Of a DNA stretch of 64,000 nucleotides, positions 51,050 to 61,789 are shown one piece after another; position 1 is the first letter of the stretch, and the number at the start of each line of letters is the position of its first letter. The translations under genes were made by a program, and so were the position numbers. The notes beneath the pieces were generated by a model. That model did not search any database and was not told where the DNA came from. It saw only the letters and a list, made by a program, of their open reading frames with translations. The stretch covers positions 434,001 through 498,000 of the forward strand of contig NW_021831284.1 of the NCBI RefSeq assembly GCF_006345805.1, read 5' to 3'. The DNA is from Octopus sinensis (Eukaryota).

Positions 51050-52480
51050 ACCAACCGAGTCCACCAGACATTTTTTGATCTCCTCCATATCTTGTCAGTA
51101 ACTTTAATTTCTTGTTTGACTGCGATGAACTCTGTCTTTTGTTTGTTCATGTTCATGAACCACTCTCCAAATACTCAGAGAGCGTGGTTAAGTGCAATCC
51201 TGATGTCACTTAAGTCCACTGAAATAAAATCTATGTCGTCCGCATATTTTATTTATATGATAGAGGTCGGGCTAATTTTAGCTCTCAGATCACGGAGAGC
51301 AGCTTTCAGGAAACTAGGGAAGCCAGTTAGACCGATAAAAAACCGCAGACCTATAATTCTCTTAACATCTCTACGAAAACAACTGTCGTTGATTGTTCTT
51401 TCAGAATATCTCCTACCGTAGAAAAATTCTTGTTTGTGGGACAAAATGAGTTCAGAAGAGAAGGGTCTACAGTGGATATTGTCTGGACACACAGATGGAC
51501 ATGTGCCATGACACAGAGGTTCAAGAAGGCAGTTCACCACATACTAAGAATAGATTTATTCAGAGCTTTAGACACTGTTCACAGAGGCAAGCTTATTTAG
51601 CTATTAGGAACATTGTTGGATTAGAACAGTTTGAGAATGATACGTTTTATAATTGCAAACATAGAATTGTGGATTGGCTCGGAGCACTCTCGTAAATTCA
51701 AAGCGCGCATTGGAACTCCACAGGGGACTCTTTATTTCTGATCCTTTTTTATTTACCTGAAAGCTGCAGTATTTTACATGTTTACCCATAAAATATCATT
51801 TTATCACAAATTTAGAAAGTTTCAGGATATAGAAATGACAAAATAATTTCTAATCTTAAGACCTGCCAATCCTCCGTACAGATAGCACACATATCAGTAA
51901 CCCAAATATAAGAAACTTGTCGCAAACTAGCAATAATCAAGACTACACACCAAACATAGAAGACAGACTTCCTTTCTGACAAATGCAGACGTCAAGACTA
52001 TTCTCATTCTGCCTGATCAGATAACTCTGAACCCCCTCAGTAAGTATCTTGCACTACACTGCCCCAGGCAATGTCCCCTTGTAGAAATCGTCGATTCTCA
52101 TCAAATCTAATAGAAGCAAATTAGTGTTATTGAAGCGAGTTTATTCACTCAACAAGTCAATCAAATCCTCTCCGTGCTCAATTTGAGTGTCATCGACAGC
52201 CAATCTAGAACGCAATTTACTATAGTCTCCTGACAAAACGATTTGATGAAGCCAGGATCCATCAAGTTGAAAAATGTTTTAAACAACCAGACGGAGTCAA
52301 GCGTTCAAACTACATTGCCAGATCAATCACTGTGGATCGAATTCTATCAACAATCAAAAAGGAGAACTGAGTGGCAGAGAACATATGTCATTACTCATAT
52401 CACCAACCAACCGAGTCCTCATTAGTGAATTGAGGTCAACAATGAAGCGGACATGAACCTCTAGGACTGTCTGGCAGCTT
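51050..52480. mobile_element. Rearranged RTE-like LINE fragments in both orientations
   Basis: (-) KYADDIDF / LKAALRDLR abuts (+) RPIILLTSLRKQLS; (-) QGDSFISDP near 51720. Confidence 0.65.
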
Positions 52481-52591
52481 TTTTTAACTTTTAACTGTTT
52501 TTAACTATTATAATAAATTTTATTTAAATCTATTATTAATTAATAATAGTCAATTTATTGATTTGTATAATATTTTCTCGTTGTCCATTTC

Positions 52592-55500
52592 ATGAAATTC
52601 GAAACAGGTTTTATTAGTTTAAAAATGTATTTAAATTAGTAAATATTGCTAACAATCATATACAAAAAACAGAACTTGAGAAAAAATGTCTAAACCAACT
52701 TGGTAGACACAAAGGCGACCTTCCATCCACACTAATGCTCTGCTCTATATACATGCAAGAAAAGAGATACAACCAGTCATATAACTCATTCATTCTTAGA
52801 TGTATTAACCTCTGTCATTCAGCTTTGGTCTTATTTCCAGACCGGCCAGAAGTCCTCATGTATTTGGGACATGCCTACAAGGCGGTTGGGTCCTTACATT
52901 TTGCAATGGAAGTCCTCTACAAAGTCTACTCCGATCACCCCGAGAACATCCTGGCCGGACATGAACTGGCACAGTGTCACGTTTCACTGGGAAATCTCGA
53001 CACTGCGTTGATGATTTATGCAAATTTAATCAAGCTAAAACCAGTCTATTTGTTGTAGTTATTTTTTTATAGAATTCGATTGAGTTTCAAATAATGATTG
53101 GAAGTCTTCTTAAATTACAAGGCCGGAATGTGGAGGCCAAGGTAGCAGCTGGTCTATGAAGGCTTGAGTGCGATTGCTAATGATTAATGGCGATATTTCA
53201 TTCCCTAACGCTGCAATGCTTTTAGTTTCTCTGAAGTCGCTGGGGGATTTCTCCGAAGATGGATTTGCTGGTTTAATTTTTGCTTTTTTGCGGTTTGGCA
53301 GCCTGGCATTGCCGTAATTTTGTTTTATTGTAGAATTGGCTTATGAAGATTATCAGCAATAGGCCTGATTGTGCAGTGGCTCATTACCATCTGAGTTTTA
53401 TTTATAAGGCAGAGGGGGAGATTTGGCTTACCATCCACCACCTTGAACTTGTCTATATTTAAAGTATTAATATTTAGGCCACTCGTTTGGATTCAAAGTT
53501 TTATGACGCTCAAATGGCCTTGGCGAATGCATTTGGGAGTATAAAACTGACTGATAGGTTGTTTCTCTATTTAAAGACCAAATGTAGAGCATTATCAATA
53601 TACAGCCAAATGATGGGCTATTTCCCGACAAATGTAGAAATATTGGTGAGCATTGGCTCAATTTATATGGAGAAAGGGTATGTCTGTGTAGATATTCCAG
53701 ACTGTATGACATGGCAGTCGACTGCTACAAAAAGGCTGTCGATTTGAACCAATCCAGTGCCGAATATCACGGCTATTTGGGCAATGCTCTCAAGGAAAAG
53801 GGCAAACTTGATGAAGCGGAAGCTGCCTATCAACAATCATTGCTCATAAACCCTAATTATGTGATTCTCTCAACAATCTTGGAAATATAAAAAGAGAAAA
53901 AGGTCAAATCGATTCTGCAGTGGCACTATACAAACATGCTTTGAAGGTTTTGATGGATTTTGGTTGAGTCTGTTTTAGATCAATCCGTTAATGGCCATCG
54001 CACATTCTAATTTGGGGGGAATCTACCACCACATCTGCCGATATAACGAATCACTGGCCCATTATAGTGAAGCACTCCGGTTTCCTCCAATTCTGACTAT
54101 TTCAGTATATATCCCAACTTTGTAGACGCATTGTTAAACCTGGGGAGTCTCTACAAGGATCTCCAAGACGTTGATAGTGCAATTTCGTGTTATAATCGAA
54201 TTACCGCCATCAATCCATACATGCCGGAACCCTACAACCAACTTGGGACAATTTACCGAGTTATTTGTGTTAAAGTAAATTCAGGACAACAACAAAGTCG
54301 GGGAGGCAATGTTCTATTTCAGAAAAGCTCTAAAACTAAGGCCATCCTTTCCAGAGGCATACTACAATTTGTCCCACTGTTGTCTGGTGTGGATATTGGG
54401 TGTTATGTAATAGATTTGTTGTGACTGGGAATTGTATGATGAACGTGTGAAGAATGCAGCCTCATTTGTGAGAGATCAGTTAGGAAGGAATAGATTTGCT
54501 CCAATCCACCCACACCACACCATGTTGTACCCCACACTGACAGGGGAACTGGCGATTCAAATAGCGGAGAAATATGCAATAACATGCACAGAAAAGATCA
54601 AACAACTCAACAAACCACCTTACACATATAATTTGCCTTCTAAAGGTGAACGGATTCGGGTTGGGTATGTCTCTTACGATTTTTGTAACCACCCTACCTC
54701 CCATTTGATGCAAAGCATTCCTGGTCTTCATGACCTGAGTCAATTTGAGGTTTTTGGTTGAAGGGATGAGTAGATTTATTGTTATGCCTTGAATCCGTCA
54801 GACGGGACTTCATTCAGGTCGAAAATAATGGAGGAGGTCGAACATTTTGTGGACCTTTCTGTAATCCAGGACAACGGACAAGTGGCAGATCTAATAAACA
54901 AAGACAATATTCATATTCTAATCAACATAAATGGATATACTAAAGGAGCCCGTAATGAGTTGTTTGCTCTTCGACCAGCGCCAATTCAAGTTGAGAGATG
55001 AGTGGAGTATTCTAGATTATGTGGTTGGGGTATCCTAACACCAGTGGTGCCTCATTCATGGATTATATAGTCCTGGATAATGTCATTGCCCCACTATCCT
55101 TGTCCCATTTGTACACAGAGAAGTTGGCTCATATGCCCAATTCGTTTTTTATAGGAGACCACATGAATGTTTATTTTCATTATTTATTCCAGATGTTTAA
55201 GCACATTATAAACCGACTCAACTTTGATCGAGGAGATGATATATCTGAGAACAGTAATATTATCAATTTTATATCACCATCTTCTCTCTTTGAAATCAAA
55301 AATGTAGTGTTGACAACATTTCGATAGGAATCACCGAACTGTCAGTACACTGAGGACTCCTCTGATATTGAGATATCATATCCCATCCCAAGTGTTCAAG
55401 AACTTGATGATCTGTCCAAGAAGAATGACTTTTATTTATTCGAGAAGGGTGAAAGTGTTGTGTATGGGTGTTCCATTCCTAAGGTATTTGGTGATTGATG

Positions 55501-56259
55501 ATGGCAGGTGTACCCCCGATGTGCCGCTGGGGAGGAGTGCTGTGCTGTTCCTGTATATACATGTCGAAAAATGTATAATTTGCCTGAAAAGTGTGTGGTG
55601 TTTTGCAATTTCAATCAGTTTTATAAGTACGACCCACATACATTTGATATGTGGTGTCGGATCCTCCACGCAGTGCCCAATTCTGTGCTTTGGTTGGTAA
55701 TGTTCCCCCCTGGTGGGCAAGTGAACATTTTTGAATATGCCAAAAAACGTAATATCCCCGAGAATAGAATAATCTTTTCATCCGTAGCTCCCAAAGTAGT
55801 CTATTACTATCACAATATAGGAGGAGCATATCCGTCGTGGACAATTAGCTGATGTGTGTCTTGATACATGTAATTGTAACGGACATACTACTGGAATGGA
55901 TGTTCTCTTCGGGGGAACTCCAATGGTTACTCTAATGGGGGAACACTTGGCTAGCAGAGTCGCTGGCTCTCAATTAACAGCCATTGGGTGTCCTGAGCTG
56001 GTGGCGACTACCCCTGAGGAATATATGGATATTTCTATTCGACTGGGAAATGATCGTTCATTGTATTTTTGTGGTTTTTATTATAAATAGTTTAAATGCA
56101 ACAAAGAAAAAAATTCGTGAAAATCGGTTTTGTACTTCTCTTTTTGATGTGAAGCAATACGTGCTTGATTTTGAGTTTTTGTTGAAAAGAATGATAAATC
56201 AACATATCGAGCATGGACATCCTGCTCATCTTTTAAATCAACATGATGATGCTATTTGA
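52592..56259 (+). CDS. OGT: O-GlcNAc transferase; 18 introns (17 of 23-32 nt, one of 192 nt); needs +1 nt at about 53861
   Basis: TPR array ([23 protein letters not shown]), then [54 protein letters not shown]|[15 protein letters not shown] and [11 protein letters not shown]...[10 protein letters not shown]. Confidence 0.96.
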
Positions 56260-57179
56260 CTATTTTATTTAATACATCATCGTTTTCAGTTTATTAATTT
56301 TTATCAAATTTATTTTTTAAAATATTTATTGCATTTAAAAACAATGGAAGAGGTCACACAGCCCCAGCGGATTGAATCGCTTTGGCTGTTCCCCAGATGA
56401 TCGCCAGCTGCAACAACCATTCATTATAATAATGAAAAATAATGTTAATCGAGAATAAATTAAGTTCTTTCTGCTCGAATAAGTCAATTTCTCCTAAATA
56501 ATTGATTTTCAAAAAACTATATTGAGAATAAAACATTTAAGAACTTTGTTTGCCCGAGGAAAACTGAATTAAACGGGGTTTTAAAACAAAACAGTCATAA
56601 ACGTAGGATTCATCAGCTTAAAATATGTAATTAGAACCCTGATATTTTCATAACGAGAATTTTAAAAGAAAGGTAGAAGGATTATTTAGTTGAGCAAACT
56701 CACTACATTCAATCATATAAAATTGCTTAAATAATATTGCATTTGCTTTGAAGTCATTTAATTCATTTAAAATGTTGCAACTGAAATGAAAATAATCCTT
56801 AATAATGTTTGCTAAGGCATGTGCATTTACATTTTGTAGATAACGTAAAAGAAAAAAATCTGAAAGCTAAATCTGTAGCTACTAAACACTACACGGAAAT
56901 ACGCGTGGGAAACAATGAACACAACTATCGAAATCTTAAATAATCAACTTACCATATTTATGTTGGAAAAATCCAGAAACTCAATCTCATCGAGTGAGAT
57001 GAATCACTAACCTTTTCTCAATCAAGCAAGTAAAGTTGAAAAGCTGCCGAATAATGAGTTGGAAGCAAAACACAAATCATTTGCCTTATCATTGGTATTG
57101 ACATTGGATAGATATTATCATAGGGTTATCCGAGCTTTATTGTAGAATTAACGTTTCGGGAAATTCTGTGTTAAAGTAA

Positions 57180-58680
57180 GAGCTATCCTGAATGGATAAC
57201 AAAGTTTGTAATGTCAATAATTCCAAATTGGAAGGTCTCCCTCAAATTAGGAAAGCAGCATCTAGGAATTGTTAACATAGAACGTGGAATACTCCAAGGA
57301 GATTCCCTGTCTCCTCAGTTGTTCATTTTGACTTTGGATCCGTTGAGCAGATTGTTATCGGCTAAATACCCAAATTTCGGCCTTCTGGATTTGGAACCGT
57401 CCGTTTTGATGAAATTGACAAATTTGTCAGGAAGCTGTTAATGGATCTAAATATTCATATGAAACCAGCCTGTAAGGAAAGGCTATATTTGCCGAGGGAT
57501 AAACTTGGAAGAGGGCTTGCCTCGATTACCTTCAGTCGGAAAAATGTTGTTTGACTTTCGTGAAAATCTGGAGAGGCGAAAGTTAATCTCCCCAAGAAAG
57601 GCAGCAATTCTGTGGGCCGAGCAGAAAAGAAAATCCCATATGGCCACGATCACAGAATTCCTGCATTGTAAATATGGAACGAACACCCAAGAAGAGATAA
57701 CCAAATCACTGAATAGATTGCAGATTGATTCCTTACTGTCCAATATCAAGAAGAAAACACTTCACTCGAAGCTATTTGAATCCTTGATGATAACAATTTT
57801 GATATTCTATCGTCTTCAACATGGCTTAAGAAAGGAAATATATCTCCTAAATCTGAAGCTATGTTTTCATTTCTTCAAGACAGGAATATTTTTTTCAGAG
57901 ACCCTAATTCAAAATGTCCACACTGTAAATCTTCCAATAAGACGGTTGATCACATGGCAACTAGATGCAACAGGATGCTTAATTCGGATTATACGAGAAG
58001 ACACAATGAAATTGTGAGATGCATCCACATGCACTTGTGCCGTAGATTTGGATTCAAAAAATCCAGAAGACTGAAAAATCACTCTGTCCAGAGTATTATG
58101 TGCAACACCTTGGCAGAAATACGAGTTGATACAACAATTCCAACAGAGTTGAAAATTCAATATAACAAACCCGATATTTTCCTCTACGACAAAGAGAGAA
58201 CCTAATATGGCTTATTGAAGTGGGTGTGACTTCAATAGATAACCTAAAGAGTGTGGAAGTAGAAAAACTGCACAAATACGACATTTTAGCTAGTGAATTA
58301 CAACTGATTCACAAGGCTAAGGTGAAGATTGTGCCAATTGTCATTACGTGGGATGGAATCGTTTCAACAATCTACCGCAAGTACATGGAGCTCCTGGGAT
58401 TGAAGAACGTGTTCGGTCTTACATCCAGACTGTAACGCTGAAGGCCACTCTGGAGAGCATGTTTGTCGAGTACAAATATGGCTTCAGTGAAATTCTGGAC
58501 TCTGCAAATTCCGTAAATAGGGACTGGCGGAAATATAATTTCTCTATGAAGATCAGCAAGTCCCTTAAGAGGCCCAGAGACTGCACGCCCCACGAGGAGA
58601 TTGAGGATCATGGCGGAGAAGATCAAAGTGGAGTTATGGGGAACTCGGGAAGCAAAAATTTGAGAGTCGTCTAATTATTA
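57180..58680 (+). mobile_element. R4/Dong-like non-LTR retrotransposon, RT C-terminal half plus CCHC and RLE, frameshifted
   Basis: RGILQGDSLSPQLF; CPHCKSSNKTVDHMATRC...YTRRHNEIVRCIH; YNKPDIFLYDK; VEVEKLHKYDILASEL. Confidence 0.88.
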
Positions 58681-59366
58681 AAAATAATTTTAATTAGCAT
58701 GATATGGACAAAAAAATACTATATCTTTTTCAATTACCAACTCACAAAGAAGCAAAGCAGTAATACAAAAATAGACTTTATGAAAAATTGAAAGAGCACA
58801 AATTAGAAAGATAAATCCAAATATAATCATGATTGTCAATAAACAGAATACAGCTCCTGACGTTTCTTTGGTCTAAAAAATGAAAATTGTCGATTCAACA
58901 ACTACAACAGAAATGATTCCAATAGACAGGAGAACGCCCAAAATTGAATAAAAACTGAAATTATCAAAAATAAAACTTAACAAGGCACAAATAACTAAAA
59001 AACAAAACTACTGACAGCCCCAAAGTAGTTATGTATTTATTACAGCATTTTCCACGAGAGCCAAATATTTATGACTCGGCTTGGGCAGTGCACACAATTT
59101 ATTTTTAAGTGAAGAACAGTTATTTTGAATTAATCGTTAAAAACTAATAAAATACACATTAAGATAAAATTAAGTAAATTCTCGACACTTTTCTAACATT
59201 ATTTCTAAAACAAAAGATAGCTTAAACAAAAGCGTTGATCTAATAAAAAAATAATTTATATTTATAAATGTTTTAATAAATAATTTAAAATACAAAACTT
59301 TTTAATAAAAAACAATATTATTTAAAACTAAGAACATTGTTCGTGTGGGAGTTAACCTATTTATAA

Positions 59367-61499
59367 ATGAAGAGGCCGAGAGACAAACCAAATAAAAATT
59401 CAAATAATAAAAGAAACTATTCCCCAAAACTAAAAGAAAACGAAGAAAGTTTAATTTTTAATAATAATAAGTATCGTTTGAAAATTATGAAAGTGAGGAC
59501 GATGCCTGGCATGAAGTAGTAGGTTTTCTTTATTCAAAAATTCAAAGACGAAAACTCTTCTGACGGAATTCTAGAAATTTCTTTCGAAAAAAATGGAAGT
59601 ATAAAAAAGTATAAAGACATTTCCAAGTAGACCTCTCTCCGATCAAATCCTGGGCTCTCTCCTCAGACGATATAACCTGGAAGTATCGCTGAAACAGAGA
59701 ACTGTCCACCAAGTAATATAAGCCTTTATATTCAGATAAATCTACTTCTTTTAATGGCACGAGGGCGATATTGGAACATGATTTGCTCACAGAATATTAT
59801 TTTGGCTATGAGTTTGTCAGTCCTTCTTGGAAGTGACAGCAATTTTAAATTTCCATGTCAGCCTTCGTTTGCAATTCTCCAAAAAATTTATTTATTTTGT
59901 CGATTAAACTATAAAATAAGAAAAAAACACCGTCGGCATTGTCAATGCTTGTTTAAATGTATAAAACGTAGGAAAGCGTGTTGTCCTTTTATATTTTCAT
60001 TGGTTTGGTTTTAAAACGATTTTTATTTCAGTTGTATGTCTCTTTGTTGAGGTCGCTGGGCTTTGAAGTGAGATTTGTGGCTTCTTTTGACGTCATTCCA
60101 ATTCGGAAATTAAAAAGTGAACGTCAAGTCCCATATTTTGAGTATTTATTACATTTTATTATCCAAGTCTTCAAAAAATGGCAAAATCAATTAAAAATTC
60201 AGACCAAATTTTAGCCCAAATTCGAGAAATGCCGGGAATTTCGTGTTCATTGAAATCCAAATTTAAAGGTATTAAAAAAACCGTGAATATTAGATCATGT
60301 TTGGGTTGAGGTGCATGACCCGGCTATAAAGCAATGGAGAAGTATAATTCCTTAATGAATGCTTTAATAGTCGTCGACGTGAACGGGGATGGAATAAATA
60401 ACGTGAAAAACATAGGGAATATATATTCCCCGTTAATATATGTAATATCCTTCGATAATAGTATTGCTTTGAATATATTCAGGAAATCAAATGGCCGACC
60501 TTACTTCTAAATATTGCGTGAAATGGCCTGGAAAGTCCGGACTTCATTTCGCTGGTTAAAACAAATTTTTGATGTTTTTGGAGAACGAAATAAACTTGTG
60601 GGTTTATTTTAGTTGTAAGATTTAAAGATGTTTCGCAAAAAAATATTCCGACTAACATTTGTGGGTTTTTAGGCCATCCTGAGTCGATATATTTTCTTAC
60701 TCTTAGTTATGTCCTTAGTCGACAAATAAGGAAGACTCAGTGTATTTACCCCAATGGCACTGTCCCCGTGGGATATGTTGGCGTATATTCCGTCTATCGA
60801 AGAGAGTCAGTTCAGCAAGTTTTCTGTGTTATTTATGCTAGTTACGAAGAGAAGAAAATTGGCTAAGATTGCGAAGGCAAGTGAAGGTTATTTACGTCTT
60901 CTGTTTAATAATCGTAGACTGGGGAATATCCTCATAAAATTTTGAAAGTTTGATATTTTAATTTATTTTATAAGAGAGTACACGGAAAGAATAAATCAGT
61001 GCATTTTGTTGAGTTTTTTGGTTACTGGCAAACAGAGGTCTTCGTGGCTCCCGTGGCTACGAATGTCTGTCTATCAAAACTATTTATTTAGGGAGTTGTG
61101 CCTCGAAATAAATACGGACATGTGTATGTGTTTGGCGATGATATGGTGCCTGTTGGGACTGTACATTTACACTGTTGTGATTATCTGTATTCACTCTTTT
61201 GGTAGATGTTGGGATTGATTGCTTGGCAAAGAAACTTGGGATTGATATTGCGAAGGCTATGGTTGGCTGGGAGTTTAAGAGAGGTTCATGTCGGCCCAAG
61301 TATGACTGTGATATGAGTAATGTAGATTCGATGGTTTATTGTATGTGCGGATGAAGCAGGAGAATTGATTGATGAATATGAAAATTGTGTCTTAAAAGAG
61401 AAAGAGAGAATGCGGAAAAGGTTAGTTCATTCCAGATGGAAGAGAATTTTTCATCTCGTCAATATTCGACAGAAAATATCCGAAAGATTTGGATTATAA
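59367..61499 (+). CDS. XPC: XPC/Rad4 DNA-damage recognition protein; many mini-introns; apparent 1-nt deletions
   Basis: YESEDDAWHEV, INLLLLMARG, RSLGFEVRFVASF, GYWQTEVFVAPV, VPRNKYGHVYVFGDDMVPVGTVHL, AKKLGIDIAKAMVGWEF and RWKRIFHLVNIRQKISERFG*. Internal exon structure is only partly resolved. Confidence 0.85.
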
Positions 61500-61515
61500 T
61501 AATTGTTGTATATAT

Positions 61516-61788
61516 TTTTTTTTTTTTTTTAGTTTATGTTATTACAAGTTATTACAAATGAAAAGAAAATGGAACAAGAAGTCAGCTACTAGCCGCAGAG
61601 AGAATAGAGAAACTGTTCCCCCTGAGTACGGCTATTGAGACGCGCTCAAAAAGCCGATTGACCTCACGGGGGTCGTTTCTAATCCTCCCGAAGTGACGGC
61701 CTCTCTCGGTGAGAAAACGTAGCGTGGCTGGGCGAATGTGCCTGATGTTTCGACTGAAACAGGCACAAAGAGAATCTGTCGGCGAATC
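61516..61788 (-). mobile_element. 5'-truncated CRE-like insertion just after the XPC stop codon, with poly(A) and TSD
   Basis: FVPVSVETSG...ERVSIAVLRGNSFSI; T-run 61515-61530; TSD TGTTGTATATA (61504-61514, 61789-61799). Confidence 0.85.
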
Positions 61789-61789
61789 T

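Noticed and set aside
53209-53313. Mitochondrial-OGT-like alternative N-terminus inside the long intron
   Set aside because: One frame is open and could join the next exon through a 20-nt intron, but it has no ATG, and direct read-through ends at the acceptor TAG.
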